Assembly: GCA_031459535.1 (NCBI GenBank)
Contig: JAVKIJ010000079.1
Span: 1 to 14,165 of the forward strand
Direction of reading: 5' to 3'
DNA: 14,165 nucleotides
Source of the DNA: Candidatus Fervidifonticultor quintus
GTDB taxonomy: Bacteria; Sysuimicrobiota; Sysuimicrobiia; Sysuimicrobiales; Humicultoraceae
Shown here: in pieces, positions 9,251 to 14,165 of the stretch
Layout of the letters: each line of letters opens with the position of its first letter
Position numbering within the stretch: the first letter of the stretch is position 1
Made by a program: the position numbers and the translations under genes
Notes under the pieces: generated by a model
The model's input: only the letters and a program-made list of their open reading frames with translations
Database searches by the model: none
Told to the model about the DNA's origin: nothing

Positions 9251-10522
9251 TCAGGTGCGCTCCCCCATCTGCCGGAGTCCGCTCCCCTGCGCCAGTACCC
9301 CGCCTGCCCGCACGACCGTCACGGCGGCCAGCACTGCCAGCGCAGGCACCAGGGGCAGCAGATAGCGGCTGGCACCGCTGAACACCGCCACGGACAGATG
9401 GGTAAACACCACCAGCAGCAGAACAAACAGCAAAGGACGCCAGCGGCGCCGCTCGGTCACAAGCCCCGCGGCAGCGGCCGCCAGCACGCCGCCATGAGCG
9501 ATGCGGACAACGGGGGGCACCCGGAGGCCCCGACCGTCCTCGGCCCGACTGAACCCGTACAGGCGCGCCAGCTTCTTCAGCACCAGCCGTCCAAAGTCAG
9601 CCGGGTGGGACCGGATCCACCGCAGGGCCGCCTGCACGTACACCCGGTTCTCCTCGGCGAGAGACAGGGCGCGCCAGCCATAGCGGCCGTCGTCGGGAGG
9701 TGAACCCGACCGCCAGGTCTGCTGGCTCGGCCAAATCAGCCCTCCGTCGGCCTGCGGATTGTTGGCAGCCCAGAAAACCACTCCCCCGTTCCCCTGGACC
9801 GGTATCACCGCGTGGAAGACCATGTAGTTGCGCGCCACCCACGGCATCAGGACGGCGACGGCCGCACCGAGGACAGTCGCCGCCGTACGGTGCGCCTGCG
9901 GGCTCCTCCACCCCCATGTCCCCCACGCCCACAGCACAACCAGGGGCAAGAAGGTCAGGAACACAGCGCGGGTGAGGGCGGTCAGACCCAGCAGACCGCC
10001 CAAAGCCAGCGCCGTCCCAGTGCGGGGGCGGGCCGCCAGTCGGGTGCTTAGCACCAACGCCGCCGTGATGAGGACCAGGAAGAGATTTTCTGTCAGGTGC
10101 AGGCCGCTGACATACACCGCGTGCGGAAAGGCCGCCAGCACTGCCGCCGCGACCAGAGCCGTCCGACGATCGTATATTCGGGCGCAGAATGCATACAGAA
10201 AAACCACCGCCGCACCTCCCAGCAGCGCCTGGACAATCCGGACGGCCGCCGGGTTTCCCAGGGTCCCGTAGATGATCGCGAGAAAGGCAACATACAGCGG
10301 CGGCGTGTCGGAGGTCGGCTCGCCGTTGAGGGCAAATCCGTGGCCGCGCAGGAGGCTGGCCACCAGTGCGGCGTGGATCCGGCTGTCGGCAGCCGGCTCC
10401 CGGTCGGGAGGCGTAGTGAGGCCCACCGTGGCAGCCGCCACCACCAGCCGCAGTGCCACCGCCAGCAGGGCCAGGCCGGCCACAGCCCACGGGATTCTCC
10501 TGGAGCAGTTCTGCGCACCCAT
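9251..10522 (-). CDS. GT-C fold membrane glycosyltransferase (ArnT/PMT_2-like, GT83/GT39), 423 aa
   Basis: Start moved to ATG 10522, 4 nt after the upstream stop. First-loop Asp (ADS), PPLYVAFLA, LTENLF, LTRAVFL, PWVARNY and RYLLPLVP, with multiple TM segments. Confidence 0.85.
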   Translation of the reverse strand: MGAQNCSRRIPWAVAGLALLAVALRLVVAAATVGLTTPPDREPAADSRIHAALVASLLRGHGFALNGEPTSDTPPLYVAFLAIIYGTLGNPAAVRIVQALLGGAAVVFLYAFCARIYDRRTALVAAAVLAAFPHAVYVSGLHLTENLFLVLITAALVLSTRLAARPRTGTALALGGLLGLTALTRAVFLTFLPLVVLWAWGTWGWRSPQAHRTAATVLGAAVAVLMPWVARNYMVFHAVIPVQGNGGVVFWAANNPQADGGLIWPSQQTWRSGSPPDDGRYGWRALSLAEENRVYVQAALRWIRSHPADFGRLVLKKLARLYGFSRAEDGRGLRVPPVVRIAHGGVLAAAAAGLVTERRRWRPLLFVLLLVVFTHLSVAVFSGASRYLLPLVPALAVLAAVTVVRAGGVLAQGSGLRQMGERT

Positions 10523-10526
10523 CGTC

Positions 10527-11840
10527 TTACAGCCGGACCACGTTGGGCCGACGCGTTCGGTACACGTTGCGGGTGTCGACAACCAGGCGCGCCTGGGCCG
10601 CGACCCGCTCGTAGTCCACGGCAGTGTGGTCCGTGGCGACAACGACGCAGTCCGCCTCGGCAATGGCCTCGTCGGTGAGCGGAACCGACCGGAGCGTGCC
10701 GCCCGGGTTGGCCAGGGTGACTTCCGGCACCAGCGGGTCGTGGTAGCTGACCTGCGCCCCGCCCCGCTCCAGCAGCTCCAAAATCTTCAGGGCCGGCGAC
10801 TCGCGCGCATCGGCCACATCTTTCTTGTAGGCCACGCCCAGGACCAGGACCCGGCTGCCCGCCAACGCCTTCCCCCGCGCGCCCAGGGCTGCCACCGTCC
10901 GCGACCGCACGTAGTAGGGCATGCTGTCATTCACGGCCGCCGCCAGCTCGATAAACCGGACGTGGAAGTCGTACTCCCGTGCCTTGGCCGCCAGATAGTA
11001 GGGATCCACCGGGATGCAGTGCCCCCCCACCCCGGGGCCGGGAGAAAACGGCATGAACCCGTAGGGTTTGGTCGCGGCGGCCTCGATGATCTCCCACACG
11101 TCCAGTCCCATCCGGTCGCACAGCAGGGTCAGCTCGTTGACCAGGGCGATGTTGACGTTGCGGAACACGTTCTCGTACACCTTGACCATCTCCGCCACCG
11201 TGGATGACGACACAGGCACTACCTGCCGGACGATGTGGCTGTAGAACCGACAGGCGAGGTCGGTGCACGCGGGAGTGACCCCCCCGACCACCTTGGGAAT
11301 GTCCCGGTAGGCATGCCGGCGGTTGCCGGGATCGATCCGCTCCGGGGAGAACGCCAGATAGAAGTCGCGGCCGACCCGCAGGCCTCCGGCCTCAAGGGCC
11401 GGGCGGACCAGCTCCTGGGTCGTGCCCGGATAGGTGGTGCTTTCCAGAACGACCAGTTGCTCCGGACGCAGGCGGTGGGCCACCTCCCGCACCGCCGCGG
11501 CAACAAAAGAGAGGTCAGGCTCCTTGCTTCGGGTCAGGGGCGTCGGGACACAGATTAAAATCACGTCGGCGTCGGCCACCCCGCCGTAGTCGGTGCGAGC
11601 CGACAGCCGTCCCTCCGCCACCAGGGCAGCGAGGCGGTCTGCCGGAACGTCACCGATGTAAGATTCACCTTGGCGTATCCGCTCGACCCGATTCGGGTCC
11701 ACGTCGATGCCGCAGACCTGGAACCCCGCCCGGGCGACCTCCACGGCCAGAGGCAGGCCCACATAGCCCAGGCCGGCCACAGCCACGTTGGCCGTCCGGG
11801 CCTCAATGCGGGCCTGCAACCGGGCGTCGAGCGTCTTCAG
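10527..11840 (-). CDS. Nucleotide-sugar dehydrogenase, WbpA/WecC type (probable UDP-N-acetylhexosamine 6-dehydrogenase); start codon uncertain
   Basis: Motifs GLGYVGLPLA, ICVPTPL, LESTTYPGTT, FSPERIDPGN, KVYENVFRNVNIALVNEL, catalytic GPGVGGHCIPVDPYYL and GVAYKKDVADARESP. Candidate starts are CTG 11840 (has an SD), TTG 11819 and GTG 11891. Confidence 0.92.
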   Translation of the reverse strand: MKTLDARLQARIEARTANVAVAGLGYVGLPLAVEVARAGFQVCGIDVDPNRVERIRQGESYIGDVPADRLAALVAEGRLSARTDYGGVADADVILICVPTPLTRSKEPDLSFVAAAVREVAHRLRPEQLVVLESTTYPGTTQELVRPALEAGGLRVGRDFYLAFSPERIDPGNRRHAYRDIPKVVGGVTPACTDLACRFYSHIVRQVVPVSSSTVAEMVKVYENVFRNVNIALVNELTLLCDRMGLDVWEIIEAAATKPYGFMPFSPGPGVGGHCIPVDPYYLAAKAREYDFHVRFIELAAAVNDSMPYYVRSRTVAALGARGKALAGSRVLVLGVAYKKDVADARESPALKILELLERGGAQVSYHDPLVPEVTLANPGGTLRSVPLTDEAIAEADCVVVATDHTAVDYERVAAQARLVVDTRNVYRTRRPNVVRL

Positions 11841-11842
11841 GA

Positions 11843-14026
11843 CTACCTCACACTCCCCGAACGCAGTCCTGTCGGCAGCACCGCGGCCCACTCCCGAGCC
11901 TGCCGGGCCAGCACCGACAGGCCTGGCAGACCGGAGGATCGCGCGTAGATCCCGCCGACCAGACCGATGGCGAAAACCAGCACGGCCAGCGACGACCGAA
12001 TCCCCGAGCGCCGGAAGCGTCCCCTGTGGCCACCATTGCGGACGCGCTCGTGGTAGAAGTAGGCATCGACAAACTCGGGCCGGACCCGGTTGAGGACCAC
12101 CCCCACCATCTCCGCGCCCACGCGCTCCAGGCGGGTCTTCACGTCCTGCTCGATCCCCCGGGGCGGGACGCCGGCGCCCAAAACCAGGAGGACCGACGGG
12201 GCCAGGGGGACCAGGGAGAACACGTCCGCAAACGCACCGGCCGACGGAGTGTCGATGAGCACGAGATCAGCCCTCGGCTTAAGCTCACCCAGCAGATGCT
12301 GCATCGCTCGGGAGCCTAGCAGCGCGCCGGGGTCGGGGACGGGCTCTCCGCTGGGCAGGAGCTGCAGGTGCGGGATCCCGGTCTCCACCAGGGCGTCATC
12401 CAGAGCGCACTCCCCCCGCAGCACCTCGCTCAGGCCGCGCTGGTAGGAGACCCGAAACCGGATGTGTTGAACCGGCCGGTGCAGGTCGGCGTCCACCACC
12501 ACGGTGCGCCGACCCGACTGAGCGAAGGCGCGGGCCAGGTTCGCCACCACGGTGGAAGTACCCGACCCCGGCCGCGGACTGGTGACGGTCAGCACACGGC
12601 TGGCGCGGCCGTTCACCCGCGCCGCCAGGGTTGCCCGCAGGAGCCGGTAGGCCTCGTCAAACGGCGGGTTGTGGCGGGGGATGGTCGCCAGCGCCGGCAT
12701 TGCCAGCAGCTGTTCCGCGTCCCGGGCAGTCTTGACCGTGTTGTCCAGGTACTCGAGGAAGAACGAGAGGCCGACTCCGGCCAGCAGTCCCAGGACGGCG
12801 GCGAGGGTCAGCCGAAACCGCTGTCCCCGAAAGGGCGCGGGTTGGGCGGTGGTCGCCCTGTCCACCAGCGTCAGGGTGCCCCGGTGCTGGGCTTCCTGCT
12901 CCTTGATCCGGACTTCGCCCAGCCGGTTCTGCAGATCCCGGTAGCGGGTGGACAGGACCTCCACCGCCCGCGCCAGCCGGCTGTGCTCGAGTTCCCTACG
13001 GTAGGCGTCGGGAAGGTCCCGCCGGGTGTCAGCCAGGGCCCGCTGCAGGGCCTCCCGTTTCGCCTGCAGGGCCACGCGGTCGGTCTCCAGGGCGATGCGG
13101 CTCTGGGCCAGCAGGTCGTAGACCGGATTGGCCTGGACCAGTTCGGAGGCCACCACCCGCGCCAGCTCCTGGCCGAGACGGCGCTTGACGGCGTCGATCT
13201 TCGCCTGGAGCTGGAGCACGGTGGGGTGCTCGGGCGTGTGCACCGCCATCTCGGAGGTGAGGGCGACCTCCAGTTGGACCAGTTCTGCCCGCAGCTGCCG
13301 GGCCACAGGGTTGTCCACGATCTCCTGCTGGGAGCGGGTGGGGTCCTGCTCGGCCATCCGGCGCCGGACCGCCGCGAGCCGGGCTTCCACCTGGCGGAGG
13401 TCCACCTCCACGGCCTGGAGGCTGGACTCCAGGGAGGCCAGGCGACCGGCCTGGGCGCCCGCCTGCCCCAGGCCCGGGTTGCGCTGGCGGAACGTCAGGA
13501 GAGCCTCCTCGGCCCGGCGCAAGGCAGTCTCCACCTCGCCGATCTGGCGCTCGACGAATTCCCGGGCCAGCGTGGCCTCCCGACGGTTGACCTCCTGGTG
13601 ATAGGCCGCCGCCACCTCTGCGACCGCGTTCGCCAGGACAATGGCCTCCGCCGCGGTCCGGCCGGTGACGGTCACCCGCACCAGCTCACTGGCGCGGTCT
13701 TTCTCAGCGCGGATACGGAACTGGAGCTCGGCCGGGTGGATGTCCAGGTTCAACCGCTGGACCACGCGTTCGGCGACAGTCCGGCTGCGGATCAGTTCGA
13801 GGGCCAGGGCCGTCTGCAGGTCCGGACGGTCGAGGGTGCCGCCCCCGGCGAAGACGAACAGCAGGCGGCGCTCGTCCGGAGCCGCGATGGTCAGGGTCGC
13901 CGTGGCCTGATAGTCGGCCGCGCGAGGACGGTCGGTGACCACGACCACGGTCAGGCAGGCCACCACCGCGGCCAGGATGATCCACCGGCGACGGCGCAGC
14001 ACCCGATAGTACCGCCAGAACTCCAC
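11843..14026 (-). CDS. wzc: Wzc/GumC-like polysaccharide co-polymerase with a BY-kinase-like domain (degenerate Walker A), 727 aa
   Basis: N-terminal Wzz-type TM1, IRSRTVAERVV, long coiled coils with HTPEHPTV, TM2 followed by EYLDNTVKT, EAYRLLR, Walker A-like TSPRPGSGTST, Walker A' VVVDADLHRP, Walker B VLIDTP and GVVLN. GTG start follows TAAGGAGG. Confidence 0.9.
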   Translation of the reverse strand: MEFWRYYRVLRRRRWIILAAVVACLTVVVVTDRPRAADYQATATLTIAAPDERRLLFVFAGGGTLDRPDLQTALALELIRSRTVAERVVQRLNLDIHPAELQFRIRAEKDRASELVRVTVTGRTAAEAIVLANAVAEVAAAYHQEVNRREATLAREFVERQIGEVETALRRAEEALLTFRQRNPGLGQAGAQAGRLASLESSLQAVEVDLRQVEARLAAVRRRMAEQDPTRSQQEIVDNPVARQLRAELVQLEVALTSEMAVHTPEHPTVLQLQAKIDAVKRRLGQELARVVASELVQANPVYDLLAQSRIALETDRVALQAKREALQRALADTRRDLPDAYRRELEHSRLARAVEVLSTRYRDLQNRLGEVRIKEQEAQHRGTLTLVDRATTAQPAPFRGQRFRLTLAAVLGLLAGVGLSFFLEYLDNTVKTARDAEQLLAMPALATIPRHNPPFDEAYRLLRATLAARVNGRASRVLTVTSPRPGSGTSTVVANLARAFAQSGRRTVVVDADLHRPVQHIRFRVSYQRGLSEVLRGECALDDALVETGIPHLQLLPSGEPVPDPGALLGSRAMQHLLGELKPRADLVLIDTPSAGAFADVFSLVPLAPSVLLVLGAGVPPRGIEQDVKTRLERVGAEMVGVVLNRVRPEFVDAYFYHERVRNGGHRGRFRRSGIRSSLAVLVFAIGLVGGIYARSSGLPGLSVLARQAREWAAVLPTGLRSGSVR

Positions 14027-14033
14027 GGCGCGA

Positions 14034-14039
14034 CCTCCT
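14034..14039 (-). promoter_or_regulatory. Ribosome-binding site (AGGAGG) of wzc, overlapping the upstream stop codon
   Basis: TAAGGAGGT precedes GTG 14026; AGGAGG ends 7 nt before the start. Confidence 0.85.
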
Positions 14040-14164
14040 TACCGGAACAGCAGGTACAGGACCGTCATCTCCCGGATCGCCGCCAGCACGGCGGTCCAGT
14101 TGACGTCCGGGCGGTCGGGGACATAGATCACGTCTCCGGGCTTCACCGCGACGTTCTGTTTGGT
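14039..14164 (-). CDS. C-terminus of a polysaccharide export protein (Wza/SLBB-domain type); 5'-partial
   Basis: Hand translation: ...TKQNVAVKPGDVIYVPDRPDVNWTAVLAAIREMTVLYLLFR*. The N-x-x-h-x-PGD-h-h-h-VP motif followed by an amphipathic terminal helix is typical of Wza/OPX proteins, and the gene lies directly upstream of wzc. Confidence 0.8.
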   Translation of the reverse strand, partial: TKQNVAVKPGDVIYVPDRPDVNWTAVLAAIREMTVLYLLFR

Positions 14165-14165
14165 G

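Noticed and set aside
12880..13620. Repetitive-looking sequence in the middle of wzc
   Set aside because: It is explained by coiled-coil heptads rich in Leu/Ala/Glu/Arg/Gln; there is no true tandem DNA repeat or CRISPR array.

Overview
This high-GC bacterial window holds one tightly coupled minus-strand cell-surface glycan biosynthesis and export operon, truncated at both ends. Gene order in the direction of transcription: Wza/SLBB-type export protein (3' end only), Wzc-like co-polymerase/BY-kinase, WbpA/WecC-type UDP-HexNAc dehydrogenase, GT-C (ArnT/PMT-like) membrane glycosyltransferase, Wzy_C-family polymerase/ligase, a 58-aa Cys/His mini-protein, UDP-glucose dehydrogenase, Wzm, Wzt with a C-terminal domain, SAM methyltransferase, GT2, GT4, and a sugar-phosphate nucleotidyltransferase that is missing from the ORF track and runs off the window. 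The most unusual points are: (1) the Wzc lacks the Walker A lysine, has almost no tyrosine cluster and carries an extra C-terminal hydrophobic helix; (2) a standalone zinc-anti-sigma-like mini-protein is coupled to ugd; (3) Wzy-type and ABC-type export parts sit in one operon; (4) GC content drops inside wzt, marking a possibly swapped specificity cassette; (5) a convergent overlap or junction lies at the left edge. I saw no RNA genes, CRISPR arrays or mobile-element genes. All functional calls come from motif recognition by eye, not database searches.
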